Part shown: piece by piece, positions 50,141 to 60,062 of the stretch
Position numbering within the stretch: the stretch's first letter is position 1
How the letters are laid out: each line of letters starts with the position of its first letter
Assembly: GCA_038230375.1 (NCBI GenBank)
Contig: JBBRNJ010000014.1
Span: 1 to 64,000, forward strand
Length of the DNA stretch: 64,000 bases
Reading direction: 5' to 3'
Source: Polyangiales bacterium
GTDB taxonomy: Bacteria; Myxococcota_A; Polyangia; Polyangiales; Polyangiaceae
The notes under the pieces: model-generated
What the model saw: the letters and a program-made list of their open reading frames with translations, nothing else
What the model was told of the DNA's origin: nothing
Database searches by the model: none
Translations under genes and position numbers: made by a program

Positions 50141-50351
50141 CTTCGCAGGAGCATCAAGGGTGAACTTCGAACCCTTCGGAATGACGCAAAAAGGTCCCGC
50201 TCCGACCACCTGCTCTGCGAAGAAGCCCACGTCTTTCGTGGGTTGACGTCGCGGAATGGAGACGATAGGTCCATCCCGCTTTGGATTGGGCACTGGCCGA
50301 GCGGTTTGGGCGGCCTGCGACTCTCGACTCCTTTCGTGGGTCCACGACGTC
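50141..50351. ncRNA. candidate structured intergenic RNA (unassigned)
   Basis: Several long inverted repeats and an 11-bp direct repeat; see findings. Confidence 0.3.
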
Positions 50352-50360
50352 TCCCCGTTA

Positions 50361-51230
50361 ATGCGAAAAACCACCCTCACCGGACCGAACCCCCGCCGAC
50401 CCTCCGTCGTGGCCTCCCTGGCCTCCGTCGTGGCCTGCGTGCTGCTCATCGGGCCGGCGGCTTGTAGCCCCAAAGGCGGCAGCGGCATCAGCGCCCAGTC
50501 GCCGGAGCGCCAGAGCGAGACCGAGTACGATCTCTCGGTCGACCTCTTCAAGCGCGGCCAGACCCGCGAGGCCCTCGACCACGCTCGCAAGGCGGTCGAG
50601 TTGAACGAGGAGAACGCCAAGGCGCTCTACTTCACCGCGACCCTCTATCTCTCGTTCTGCGCCGGGGACCGCGGCTTGACCGACCCGGACTGCCGGATGG
50701 CCGACGCCGAGAAGAGCGCCAAGGCCGCGGTCAAGGCCGACGACTCCTTCCGCGACGCCAAGAACCTGCTGGGCGTCATCTACACGAACGAGAAGAAGTA
50801 CCACGACGCCATCCTGGTCCTGGAGCCGCTCACCAAGGACCCGGCGTACACCGAGAGCTACCTCGCGTGGGGCAACCTGGGTCTGGCCCAGCTGCTCGAC
50901 GGCCAGCTCGACGCGTCCATCAACTCCCTCAAGAACAGCGTGACCCAGCCGCAGTTCTGCGTCGGGTTCTACCGGCTTGGCCTGGCCTACGAAAAGAAGA
51001 ACGACCTCATGACGGCGGAGAAGAGCCTCTCCGACTCACTCGCCGTCCAGAGCCCTGACTGTCAGTCGCTCCAGGACGCGTGGGAGGCCCGCGGGCGCAT
51101 CCGCGCAAAGCTCGGCCGCGCGGACGACGCAAAGAAGGATTTCGAAAGATGTCGCGAGCTCTCGAAGGACACGCCCACCGGGAAGGCGTGCGTGACGGCG
51201 CTCTCATCCCTCGCAGGAGGCAAGCAGTGA
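50361..51230 (+). CDS. TPR lipoprotein, Tgl/PilF (secretin pilotin)-like
   Basis: PAAC lipobox, TPRs (AKNLLGVIY, AWGNLGLA, YRLGLAY), paired Cys; followed by HTH gene and recO. Confidence 0.75.
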   Translation: MRKTTLTGPNPRRPSVVASLASVVACVLLIGPAACSPKGGSGISAQSPERQSETEYDLSVDLFKRGQTREALDHARKAVELNEENAKALYFTATLYLSFCAGDRGLTDPDCRMADAEKSAKAAVKADDSFRDAKNLLGVIYTNEKKYHDAILVLEPLTKDPAYTESYLAWGNLGLAQLLDGQLDASINSLKNSVTQPQFCVGFYRLGLAYEKKNDLMTAEKSLSDSLAVQSPDCQSLQDAWEARGRIRAKLGRADDAKKDFERCRELSKDTPTGKACVTALSSLAGGKQ

Positions 51231-51787
51231 GCGGTATCGACATCAAGACCGAAGCGAAGATGGCGCGCGCAAAGGCGGACAGCTTCCCGCCCCCGTCCTC
51301 AGGCCCATCGTCCCAGCGCAGCCGAGGCGCGGACACCTACGAGACCGTCGGCACCAAGCTCCGTCGCGGCCGCCTCGCCAAGGAGATGACCGTCTCCGAG
51401 GTCTCGCGCGTGACCCGAATCCCCACGCACACCCTCGAGAAGATCGAGTCCGACCACTTCGACGATCTCCCCGGCGAGGTCTTCGTCCGTGGCTTCCTCA
51501 AGGCCTACGCGCAGGCCGTCTCCATAGACGGCAGCGACATCATCGCGCGCTACACGGCCAGCCGTCGCGTGGCGATCGTCACGCCGCTCCCCGTCACCTC
51601 GCCGGTGCAAGCCGCGCGTGAGGGGCAGGGTCGCCGGTTCGGCGTCGCGATCGCGCTCGTGCTGCTGCTCATCCTGTTCACGCTCGCGATCTCGATCGTG
51701 CTGAAGCCGCGCGGACGCGACATCCCGCACGAGCTCTCCGGGACGGATCGCGCCAATAGCTGGACGCACGACACGCTGAAGGTCTGA
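51227..51787 (+). CDS. RodZ-like helix-turn-helix membrane protein
   Basis: VGTKLRRGR...LEKIE...LPGEVFVRGFLKAYA and a TM helix. Confidence 0.85.
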   Translation: MSGIDIKTEAKMARAKADSFPPPSSGPSSQRSRGADTYETVGTKLRRGRLAKEMTVSEVSRVTRIPTHTLEKIESDHFDDLPGEVFVRGFLKAYAQAVSIDGSDIIARYTASRRVAIVTPLPVTSPVQAAREGQGRRFGVAIALVLLLILFTLAISIVLKPRGRDIPHELSGTDRANSWTHDTLKV

Positions 51788-51793
51788 GGGCGC

Positions 51794-52513
51794 TTGGCGC
51801 GGAGCGGGGTCGGCGCAGGCAAGAGCTTCGAATCGGAGGGCTTCCTCCTCCACCGCGTGCCCTACGGCGAGAGCGACGTGATCGCCACGTTCCTCACCGC
51901 GCAGCACGGCAAGCTGGGCATGATCGCGCGCGGCGCTCGTCGCTCGTCCAGGCGATTCCAGGGCGTGCTCGAGCCGCTCTCCACCGTGCTGCTCACGTAC
52001 GACGATCGCGGACGCGATCTCTGCACGCTCAAGGAGGGGCGCGTCACCGTGCCGCGCACCCGCATCATGGAGGACCTGGACGCATTGGAGGCCGCGGGCA
52101 AGGCGCTCAGATTCGTTCGCGCGCTGTGCCCCACGCGCACGCCGGAGCCCGAGGTCATGACAAGCCTCGTGAGGCTGCTCGACGCGCTCCAGGAAGGCCG
52201 CCGCACGCAGGCGGAGCTGCTTCGCTTCTCGTTCGCGTTGCTCACGGGCGTTGGCTACGGGCTGGAGCTCTCGCGCTGTTTGCGCTGCGGAAAACCGCGG
52301 CCATCAGGCCGCCCCGCGTACGTGGATCCGGACAAGGGCGGCGTGGTCTGCGCGTCGTGCGGCGGCGGAAAGATCCTCGTGCCCGCCGAGCTCATCGAGG
52401 AGGCGCAGCGACTCACCTCGGGCGAGCCCGTCGAGCTCTCGGACCTCCACGTGGGCACGCTGCTGCGCGTCGCGGAGGAGGCGATCGTCGCGCACGCAGG
52501 TGTGGAAGCGTAG
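51794..52513 (+). CDS. recO: DNA repair protein RecO
   Basis: YGESDVI, GKLGMIARGARRS, LEP, CxxC...CxxC zinc finger. Confidence 0.92.
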   Translation: MARSGVGAGKSFESEGFLLHRVPYGESDVIATFLTAQHGKLGMIARGARRSSRRFQGVLEPLSTVLLTYDDRGRDLCTLKEGRVTVPRTRIMEDLDALEAAGKALRFVRALCPTRTPEPEVMTSLVRLLDALQEGRRTQAELLRFSFALLTGVGYGLELSRCLRCGKPRPSGRPAYVDPDKGGVVCASCGGGKILVPAELIEEAQRLTSGEPVELSDLHVGTLLRVAEEAIVAHAGVEA

Positions 52514-52526
52514 TACATAGACGGCA

Positions 52527-53504
52527 ATGACATCCCCCCTCGATGTTTCCTGCTTCGGAGAGGTGCTGTTCGATGCGTTCGAAGCGGACCCGAAGACCGC
52601 ACCGTTTCCGGCGTCGCGCGGCTTCAAGCTGGAGCTCGGTGGCGCGCCTGCGAACCTTGCCGTCGGTCTTGCGCGGCTCGGCCTGTCCTCTGCGGTCGTG
52701 GGTGCGGTGGGCGCGGACCGCTTTGGTGATGCGCTCCGAGCCATGCTCGAGGCCGACGGCGTTGACGTCTCCTATCTCGCGAAGCTGACCAAGCGCACGG
52801 GCCTTGCGTTTGCGTTCCGCAACGACAAGGGCGAGCCGAACTTCCTCTTCTACCGCGAGAACACCGCGGACATGAGCATGACGGACAAGCACATCACGCC
52901 CGCGTGCGCGAAGGCGCGGTTCGGTGTGCTGGGCACGAGCACGCTGCTCGGCGCGGACATGAAGAAGGCCACGCTGAAGTTCGTGGAGCTGGTGAAGAAG
53001 GCGAAGGGCACGGTGGTCCTGGACCTGAACGTGCGCGCGCACCTCTGGTCGGATCCGGACCAGATGAAGTCCGAGATCGCAGAGCTCGTGAAGAGCGCGG
53101 ATGTGGTGAAGGCGTCAGAGGCGGACCTGGATGTGCTGGCGGGCAAGCGCGGCATCACGTGGCTCGAGGCCCACGCGAAGCACGCCACGTGGCTGCTCAC
53201 GCGCGGCGAGAACGGCGCCGCGGCCGTGGGGAAGCACGGTGAGGTCACGGCGCCCACGAAGCGTGTAAGATGCATCGATGCTGTGGGCGCGGGTGATGCG
53301 TTCCTGGCCGGCGCACTGGCGGTGCTGGTGTCCGCCGGCACGTCGCCCTCGCAGGCGTCCTGGTCGGACACCAAGCTCTGGTCGCGCGCGCTCGAGGCGG
53401 GCCACCTGATGGGCGCGAAGGCGGTCTCTTCTCCCGGCGCCGTGTCGGGGCTCATTGCGCTGGACGACGTGAAGTCGAAGATGGCGTCGGCAAAGAAGGC
53501 ATAA
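52527..53504 (+). CDS. PfkB-family carbohydrate kinase (fructokinase-like)
   Basis: GGAPANLAVGLARLG, DLNVR, DAVGAGDAF. Confidence 0.92.
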   Translation: MTSPLDVSCFGEVLFDAFEADPKTAPFPASRGFKLELGGAPANLAVGLARLGLSSAVVGAVGADRFGDALRAMLEADGVDVSYLAKLTKRTGLAFAFRNDKGEPNFLFYRENTADMSMTDKHITPACAKARFGVLGTSTLLGADMKKATLKFVELVKKAKGTVVLDLNVRAHLWSDPDQMKSEIAELVKSADVVKASEADLDVLAGKRGITWLEAHAKHATWLLTRGENGAAAVGKHGEVTAPTKRVRCIDAVGAGDAFLAGALAVLVSAGTSPSQASWSDTKLWSRALEAGHLMGAKAVSSPGAVSGLIALDDVKSKMASAKKA

Positions 53505-53509
53505 CCATC

Positions 53510-53860
53510 GTGTCGGACCTGCAGTTTCGTCCGCTCAAGATCCGGTCGCCGCGCGGCGCAATGACGACGGAGATCGACTGGGCCGACGGGCACAAGGGCA
53601 TGCTCCCCCACGAGGTCCTGCGCGGCTACTGCCCGTGCGCGGGTTGCCAGGGACACTCGGGCACCATCAAGTTCATCAAGCCCGAGCGAAACCAGCTCGA
53701 GATCGACGCGCTCGAGCCCGTGGGCAACTACGCGATCAAGATCGTCTGGTTCGACGGCCACGACAACGGGCTCTACTCGTATCGTTACCTGCGCGCGCTC
53801 TGCCAATGCCCGGAGTGCAAGAAGGACGGCGAGGACCACGGCGAGCGCCCGCGTCTATGA
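53510..53860 (+). CDS. DUF971 (GBBH-like N-terminal) protein
   Basis: WADGH, LRGYCPCAGC, VGNYAIKIVWFDGHDNGLYS. Confidence 0.88.
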   Translation: MSDLQFRPLKIRSPRGAMTTEIDWADGHKGMLPHEVLRGYCPCAGCQGHSGTIKFIKPERNQLEIDALEPVGNYAIKIVWFDGHDNGLYSYRYLRALCQCPECKKDGEDHGERPRL

Positions 53861-55473
53861 CGGCTTCAGGTGGGGCAGGCGGCGGGGCTGGCGGAGGCGG
53901 GGCTGGCGCGTCCGAGCGAAAGAGCCTCGCGAAGCGCGCGGGGATCGTCGCGGTGGGAACGCTTGCATCGCGCATCCTCGGGCTCGGCCGCGACATGGCG
54001 CTCGCCGCGCTGTTCCCGCGCGCGGTGACGGACGCGTTCTTCGTGGCGTTCACGATCCCGAATGCGCTTCGCCAGATCCTGGGTGAGGGCGCGGTGAGTA
54101 GCTCGGTGGTGCCCGTGCTCTCGAAGAAGATCGAGGACGGCGGCGACGAAGCGGGGCAGGCGTTCTTCGCGCGCGCGCGCGGTGCGTCGCTGATGATGCT
54201 GCTGCTCGTCACGGTGCTGGGCATGCTGTGCGCGCGTCCGCTCTCGGAGCTGTTCGCCGGTGGCTACCACGATCGCCCGGAGGAGTTCGAGCGCGTGGTG
54301 GCCCTCACGCGCACCGTGTTCCCGTACATCTTCTTCATGGGCACCGCCGCACTGGGAATGGCGGCGCTCAACGCGAAGCGCAAGTTCGCGGTCGCTGCGT
54401 TCGCTCCCGGTCTGCTCAACGTTGCGTTCCTGCTGTGCGCGTTCACGCTTCCCGCCGTGCTCGCCTCACGCGGCATCGACGGCGCACAGACGCTTGCGAT
54501 CGGCGCGCTGCTCGGCGGCCTGTTGCAGGTGGTGGCGCAATGGCCAGCGCTCCGCGCCATCGGCTATGCCGGCCGGCCCATCATCGATTTCAAGGATCCC
54601 GCGGTGCGGGACATGGGCCGCCGCCTCCTGCCGATGACCCTCGGCATAGGTGTATATTACATAGACCTGGTGCTCTCGCGCCGCTTCCTGTCCGAGATGG
54701 GCGAGGGCGCGCAGAGCTACTTCTCGTGGGCGCAGCGGCTGGCGGATTTTCCGCAGGGCATCTTCGTGATGGCGATCTCGACTGCCTCACTCCCGTCGCT
54801 CGCCACGCTCGCTGCAAAGGGCGAGCACGAGGAGATGAAGAAGACCTTCGCGTACGGCCTGCGGCTCGCCCTGTTCGTCGCGGTTCCCGCGAGCGTCGCG
54901 CTCGTCATCCTGGCCGAGCCCACGGTGCGCGCCATGTTCCAGCGCGGCGCGTTCGACGCCACCGCCACCGCGGAGACCGCACGCGCGCTCGTGTGGCAGG
55001 GTGGCTCGCTCTTCACCGTCGCCGTCGTGCGGCAGGTGGTGCCCATGTTTTACGCGCTGGGTGACACACGAACGCCGGTCATCGTGAGCTTGCTCGACCT
55101 GCTTGTCTTCATCGCCATGGCCGTTGGTCTGAAGAGCCTCTGGGGCCACGTGGGCGTCAGCGCTGCCGTCGCAGGCTCCAGCTTCGCGCAGATGGTGATG
55201 CTGCTCTACGCGCTCCGCAGGAAGCTCGGCTCGCTGCACGGCGCGGAGATCATGTCCTCCGTGGGGCGCACGTTGCTCGCTTCGGCGGTCGGCGCGGTCG
55301 GCGGGCGGTCCGTGGTCTGGCTATACGGCTCGGGGCCGCCCGTCGTCACGGGTGCGGTCGCGCTCGTCGTGTTCGGTGGTCTCTTTGCGCTCGCGGGGTG
55401 GGGCCTCAGGTCGCCCGAGCTCGACGCGATCGTCACCGCCGTCAGCAAGCGGCTCCGTCGCAAGCCCGCCTGA
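53857..55473 (+). CDS. murJ: lipid II flippase MurJ (MviN)
   Basis: SRILGLGRD, DAFFVAFTIPN..R...EGA, FPQGIF, FQRGAF, FYALGDTRTP. Confidence 0.95.
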   Translation: MTASGGAGGGAGGGGAGASERKSLAKRAGIVAVGTLASRILGLGRDMALAALFPRAVTDAFFVAFTIPNALRQILGEGAVSSSVVPVLSKKIEDGGDEAGQAFFARARGASLMMLLLVTVLGMLCARPLSELFAGGYHDRPEEFERVVALTRTVFPYIFFMGTAALGMAALNAKRKFAVAAFAPGLLNVAFLLCAFTLPAVLASRGIDGAQTLAIGALLGGLLQVVAQWPALRAIGYAGRPIIDFKDPAVRDMGRRLLPMTLGIGVYYIDLVLSRRFLSEMGEGAQSYFSWAQRLADFPQGIFVMAISTASLPSLATLAAKGEHEEMKKTFAYGLRLALFVAVPASVALVILAEPTVRAMFQRGAFDATATAETARALVWQGGSLFTVAVVRQVVPMFYALGDTRTPVIVSLLDLLVFIAMAVGLKSLWGHVGVSAAVAGSSFAQMVMLLYALRRKLGSLHGAEIMSSVGRTLLASAVGAVGGRSVVWLYGSGPPVVTGAVALVVFGGLFALAGWGLRSPELDAIVTAVSKRLRRKPA

Positions 55474-55513
55474 AGGGGCTGGGTGGAGCGCGAGCCGTGG
55501 TAAGGAGGAGCGC

Positions 55514-56146
55514 ATGGAACCGAACGCGGGCAAGTACAACGTCGTGGAGGCGAGCTTCGTCGCGTCAGGTCCCACGCTCGACGCCCTGCCGGCGCCAGCG
55601 CTCCCGGAGATCGCATTCGCGGGTCGCTCGAACGTCGGGAAATCAAGCCTCCTCAACATGCTGCTCTCGCGCATCAAGCTGGTTCGCACCAGCTCGTCGC
55701 CGGGCTGCACGCGCACCCTGAACCTGTTCCACGTGAAGCTCGCGTCTGGCCTGGAGATGCAGGTCACAGATCTTCCGGGCTATGGATACGCGAAGCTCTC
55801 GCGCTCGGAGTCGAAGTCGTTCCAGGCCATGGTCGAGGGCTACCTCACGCGCAGGCCCTCGCTTGTCGCGCTCGTCATCCTGGTGGACGTGCGCCGCGGC
55901 GTCGAGGACGAGGAGCGTCAGCTCGTGTCGTACATGGAGCAACCCGGCGTGGATCGCGCACGCAAGCCGGTGGTCATCTTCGTTGCCACCAAGCTCGACA
56001 AGCTGTCGCGAAGCGAGCAAAAGCCCGCGCTGGGCCGCCTCGAAAAGGCAGCCGGCATGAAGGGTATCCTGGGTGTGTCGGCCGAGACCGGCGCCGGGCG
56101 CGACGAGCTATGGCAGAAGCTCGAGCGCTCTCTCGTTCTGGTATAG
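55514..56146 (+). CDS. engB: ribosome biogenesis GTPase YihA/EngB
   Basis: PEIAFAGRSNVGKSS, DLPGYGYAK, TKLDK; AAGGAGG RBS. Confidence 0.95.
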   Translation: MEPNAGKYNVVEASFVASGPTLDALPAPALPEIAFAGRSNVGKSSLLNMLLSRIKLVRTSSSPGCTRTLNLFHVKLASGLEMQVTDLPGYGYAKLSRSESKSFQAMVEGYLTRRPSLVALVILVDVRRGVEDEERQLVSYMEQPGVDRARKPVVIFVATKLDKLSRSEQKPALGRLEKAAGMKGILGVSAETGAGRDELWQKLERSLVLV

Positions 56147-56156
56147 TCAGAGGCAC

Positions 56157-57017
56157 ATGCGCGTCCCCCGCCGCCGTCTGGTCTCTTCGCTGTGCCTTGT
56201 GTCGGGCATTGCCGTGCTGGGGTTCGCATGCACGCCGCCCCCGAAGGCCGCGACCTACGTGGCAAGCCAGGAGTCATGGTGCCCGGAGGGCTTCGAGCAA
56301 GGTCCGGACGACGCATGCTTCGCGCTCCCCGAGCAGCGCGGCGACAAGACCGCAGTCCTGATTTACTTGCATCATGCATATACCGGCGCCGGACCATCCG
56401 GCGAGTGGGACGTCGTCAAGAAGGCCACGGAGAAGGGCTTTGCCGTGGTGCTCGTGCGGGGCCGCCGCGCGCTCTGCGATCTGCCGGGCAATCCGCCGGG
56501 CGCGGAGTTCTGCTGGCCGCACGATCCCGACGACACCATCACCATGAAGCAGATGGCGGGCAGCTGGGACAAGACCATCTGGCAGGCCGACGCACTGCTC
56601 GAGCAGGGACCGCACAAGCACTACGTCCTGGGCTACGGCGCCGGCGGCAACTTTGTAGGCACGCTGGCCACGCAGGGCTTCCTGGAGGCGTCGGGCTACG
56701 CTGTCATCGGCTCGGGTGCCTCGATGCCCACGCCCGCGTCGGGCCGCAAGCCACCGCTCGTGATCCTGATGGCGAGCGACTCCGACGAGGCGGGCGCGCA
56801 GGCAAAGTCCACGAGCGACGCGCTCGAGAAGGCGACCTGGCCGCACGCGCGCTGCCCGCACGCGCAGAAGACGCTCGCCAAGGAGGACCTGGACGTGGTG
56901 CTGAAGACGTTCTCGCGGGAGCGCGCAGGTGACCTCGCGGGCTTCCTTGCCTCGACCACGAAGAACACTCCTTGCGACCCGCCCGGCGGTCCCGCGACCC
57001 CGCCCAAGAAGAAGTGA
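56157..57017 (+). CDS. alpha/beta-hydrolase-fold lipoprotein (nucleophile apparently absent)
   Basis: GFAC lipobox, VLIYLH, VLGYGAGG elbow. Confidence 0.7.
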   Translation: MRVPRRRLVSSLCLVSGIAVLGFACTPPPKAATYVASQESWCPEGFEQGPDDACFALPEQRGDKTAVLIYLHHAYTGAGPSGEWDVVKKATEKGFAVVLVRGRRALCDLPGNPPGAEFCWPHDPDDTITMKQMAGSWDKTIWQADALLEQGPHKHYVLGYGAGGNFVGTLATQGFLEASGYAVIGSGASMPTPASGRKPPLVILMASDSDEAGAQAKSTSDALEKATWPHARCPHAQKTLAKEDLDVVLKTFSRERAGDLAGFLASTTKNTPCDPPGGPATPPKKK

Positions 57018-57078
57018 CCGCCACCGGGAAAATCCAGCGCTACAAGCTGCGCGCCTGACAGGGTAGAGTGCAGCCGGC

Positions 57079-57450
57079 ATGGACGAAGCAAAGAACATCC
57101 TGGGTGGTCAACTCAAGAGCTGCAGCACCAATCCGATGACGGGCTTCTTCCGTGACGGGTGCTGCAACACGGACGAGAACGATCGCGGCTCACACACCGT
57201 CTGCACGCGCGTCACCGCCGAGTTCCTGGAGTTCTCGAAGCAGCAGGGGAACGATCTGTCCACGCCGCGTCCCGAGTACGGGTTTCTGGGCCTCAAGCCG
57301 GGCGACCAGTGGTGCCTCTGCGCCTCGCGATGGAAGGAGGCCTACGAGGCCGGCGCGGCGCCCCACGTGATCCTCCAGTCCACGCACGAGCGCGCAGGGG
57401 ACATCGTTCCCCTCGCGGCGCTGAAGAAGCTCGCGCTCGACCTGAACTGA
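57079..57450 (+). CDS. DUF2237 family protein
   Basis: PMTGFFRDGCC, GNDLSTPRPE, LKPGDQWCLCASRW. Confidence 0.92.
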   Translation: MDEAKNILGGQLKSCSTNPMTGFFRDGCCNTDENDRGSHTVCTRVTAEFLEFSKQQGNDLSTPRPEYGFLGLKPGDQWCLCASRWKEAYEAGAAPHVILQSTHERAGDIVPLAALKKLALDLN

Positions 57451-57470
57451 TCGGAGCTTCTGGAGTCGGT

Positions 57471-58061
57471 TCAGACGCCGAGCATCTCGCGGATCTCCGC
57501 GATCGATTTCCCCGCGAAGAGCGCCTGCGATTGCTCCGCGGTCGCGAACGAGCGGGTCAGCATCCGATCGATGTAGAGCGTGCCGTCGAGATGGTCGATC
57601 TCGTGCTGGAAGATGCGCGCCGGCCAGCCCACCGCATGGAAGGACTGCGGCTCGCCGTGCTCGTCGAGCCCCGTGACCTCCACCTCTCGGTAGCGGTCGA
57701 CCATCGCCACGAAGCCGTTCACGCTCAGGCAGCCCTCGAAGAACGTGACCTTCTCGTCGCCGAGGATCTTCATCATGGGGTTCACGAAGACGCGCGTGGA
57801 GAACGGCGTGCGCTCCCGTTCCTTCTGCTCCCCGGACGAGAGCTTCTTCACGAGGTCCGCGCGATCCTCGAGCACGATGAGGCGCCACGGGATCCCGATC
57901 TGCGGCGCCGCGAGCCCCACACCGGGCGCCTCGCGCATGGTCTCCACCATGGTCTGGATCAGCGCCTGGAACTCCGGCGTGGCGATCCGCTCCAGGGGAA
58001 CGTCCTCCGCGCGCGATCGCAGGACGGGCGCGCCTGTCTGGACGATCGGCGCAGCACTCAT
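57471..58061 (-). CDS. def: peptide deformylase
   Basis: GVGLAAPQIG, EGCLSV, QHEIDHLDG. Confidence 0.96.
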   Translation of the reverse strand: MSAAPIVQTGAPVLRSRAEDVPLERIATPEFQALIQTMVETMREAPGVGLAAPQIGIPWRLIVLEDRADLVKKLSSGEQKERERTPFSTRVFVNPMMKILGDEKVTFFEGCLSVNGFVAMVDRYREVEVTGLDEHGEPQSFHAVGWPARIFQHEIDHLDGTLYIDRMLTRSFATAEQSQALFAGKSIAEIREMLGV

Positions 58062-58342
58062 GTCCGCGCGCGCAATGCCTCGAGCACCCGCGCGAGGTTG
58101 TCCGGCGCGAGCGATCTCGGCGGCTCGCTCATGGGTGTTGCGTCGTCGTCGATCGACACGGGCGCCGCGACAGGTCCAGAGCCGGCTTTCTCGAGGTGCG
58201 TGGCGGCACGTGCGAGGACGGGATACACGCCGCTCTCCCTGGGCGAGGGCTCCGGATCCTCGTACGGGACGCCGCGTTGACGCAGAAGCTCACCCGCGCG
58301 AAGCGCCATCGGGGGCGGGGTATCCGGCGGCGCGTCGAACAT
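58058..58342 (-). CDS. small Pro-rich hypothetical protein
   Basis: GGTGAG RBS-like sequence; ATGA overlap with def. Confidence 0.5.
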   Translation of the reverse strand: MFDAPPDTPPPMALRAGELLRQRGVPYEDPEPSPRESGVYPVLARAATHLEKAGSGPVAAPVSIDDDATPMSEPPRSLAPDNLARVLEALRART

Positions 58343-58514
58343 CTCACCATCAAGGATGCGGCTGTTTTTCACGGTTGTCCACGCCAACCACGCACCAGCA
58401 TGGCCTCAGCGGTTCTTGGCGCCGTTTGATGCAATGCGGCGTGAGTGAACGAATGCGGGTGCGCCTGGTCCGAAGCCCGTTGACGTCGGGCACACCGGCG
58501 CTAGGGATGGAGGA

Positions 58515-59606
58515 ATGGATAGTCTCTCCGTCGCGCCGGCTGCTCCCAAAGAAGTGGGTTTTCAGGTCAAGGTCGAGCGGACGAGAGCGCCGCGACCCAA
58601 GCCCGACAGCACCGACCTCGGCTTCGGCCGATACTTCACCGACCATGAGCTCGAGGCCACGCACGACGGCCGCGCCTGGTCGTCGGCGCGCATCCTCCCC
58701 TTTGGCTCCACCAAGTCCGACGTGGCGAGCGGCGCCGTGCAGTACGGGCTCTCCGTCTTCGAGGGCCTGAAGGTCTTCAAGGGCGCGGACGGCGTGCTCC
58801 GTCTGTTCCGCGCGGACGCACATGCGCGTCGCTTCGCGAAGAGCGCAGAGGCGTTCTGCATGCCTCCGGTTCCGCAAGACGTGTTCATCGCGGCGGTCCG
58901 CGCGCTCACGCGTGAGGACGCCAGCTGGCACCCCGGCGACCCCGGCTCCATCTACGTTCGGCCCACGCTCTTCGGCAGCGAGGAGTTCCTCGGTGTGCGC
59001 CCGTCCCATGCGCACACGTTCTCCGTCATCCTCTCTCCCGTCGGGTCTTACTTCGGCGCCGGCGCGCGCCCGCTCCGCCTCTGGGCGGAGAAGGAGTACG
59101 TGCGCGCGTGCGTCGGTGGTGTGGGCTGGGTGAAGACCGGCGGCAACTATGCAGCAAGCCTCCGCGCCGCCGAGCGCGCACGTTCGCGCGGCTTCGACCA
59201 GGTCCTCTGGCTGGACGCCAATCATCACGAGCACGTCGAAGAGGCGGGCACCATGAACGTGTTCGTCCGCATTGGCGATCACGTCACCACACCGCCGCTC
59301 AGCGGTAGCATCCTCGCCGGTGTCACGCGCGACAGCTCGCTCACGTTGCTTCGTGCCTGGGGCATCGACGTCGAGGAGCGCGCGCTCTCCCTCACCGAGA
59401 TCACGGAGGCCGCGAAGGCCGGCAAGGAGCTCGAGATCTGGGGCACCGGCACAGCGGCGGTGGTGTCCTCCATCGGCGAGGTCGCCTGGGATGGCGGCAG
59501 CGTGAAGGCCGAGAGCATCACCGTCGCGACGCGCCTCAAGAACGCAATCACCGGCATCCAGACCGGCCGCGAAGAAGACAAGTACGGCTGGCTCACGCCC
59601 GTGTGA
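58515..59606 (+). CDS. ilvE: branched-chain amino acid aminotransferase
   Basis: LGFGRYFTDH, YGLSVFEGLK, YVRP, KTGGNYAAS, EAGTMN, ILAGVTRDS, GTGTAA. Confidence 0.95.
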   Translation: MDSLSVAPAAPKEVGFQVKVERTRAPRPKPDSTDLGFGRYFTDHELEATHDGRAWSSARILPFGSTKSDVASGAVQYGLSVFEGLKVFKGADGVLRLFRADAHARRFAKSAEAFCMPPVPQDVFIAAVRALTREDASWHPGDPGSIYVRPTLFGSEEFLGVRPSHAHTFSVILSPVGSYFGAGARPLRLWAEKEYVRACVGGVGWVKTGGNYAASLRAAERARSRGFDQVLWLDANHHEHVEEAGTMNVFVRIGDHVTTPPLSGSILAGVTRDSSLTLLRAWGIDVEERALSLTEITEAAKAGKELEIWGTGTAAVVSSIGEVAWDGGSVKAESITVATRLKNAITGIQTGREEDKYGWLTPV

Positions 59607-59642
59607 CCGCCGGCCCCCGAGGGAGCCGGTGCTTGACGTCAG

Positions 59643-59975
59643 CTACGGGGTGCCACACTGCCACGACGGGACGGAGCCCGCGTCGTCGGTCGAGCAGACA
59701 CACGAATTGAGAAGCGCGCACACCTGATCGCTGGGGCCGCCAACGATGTTGGCCTTGCATCCGACGGGCATGGGCGTGCTGAGCGGCAGGTACTTCGTGC
59801 TCGGATCGTTGGGGTCGCCGCGGCAGCCGTCGCTACCGGGCGGACCTGCATCACAGAAGGCCACGCCGTGCTCGGTACAGATGAGTGTTCCTGCATCGCC
59901 CTTGTCCGTGAGGCTTGCGCTGTTGCAGCCCGCGAGAAATAGAAGTGCGAGAGTGACGTTGGCCAGCCTTTTCAC
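59643..59975 (-). CDS. small Cys-rich lipoprotein
   Basis: GTG start, LAGC lipobox, eight further Cys. Confidence 0.7.
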   Translation of the reverse strand: MKRLANVTLALLFLAGCNSASLTDKGDAGTLICTEHGVAFCDAGPPGSDGCRGDPNDPSTKYLPLSTPMPVGCKANIVGGPSDQVCALLNSCVCSTDDAGSVPSWQCGTP

Positions 59976-60062
59976 GCGCGTGTGCTCCTGAAGCGGTGTT
60001 ACGGGCGCCATCTTAGCCCCAGAACCCCGCGTTGAAGCCACCACTTTGCTGTTTTCTGAACG

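Noticed and set aside
50154..50345. 63-aa minus-strand ORF in the structured intergenic region
   Set aside because: No recognisable motif and atypical codon usage; treated as non-coding.
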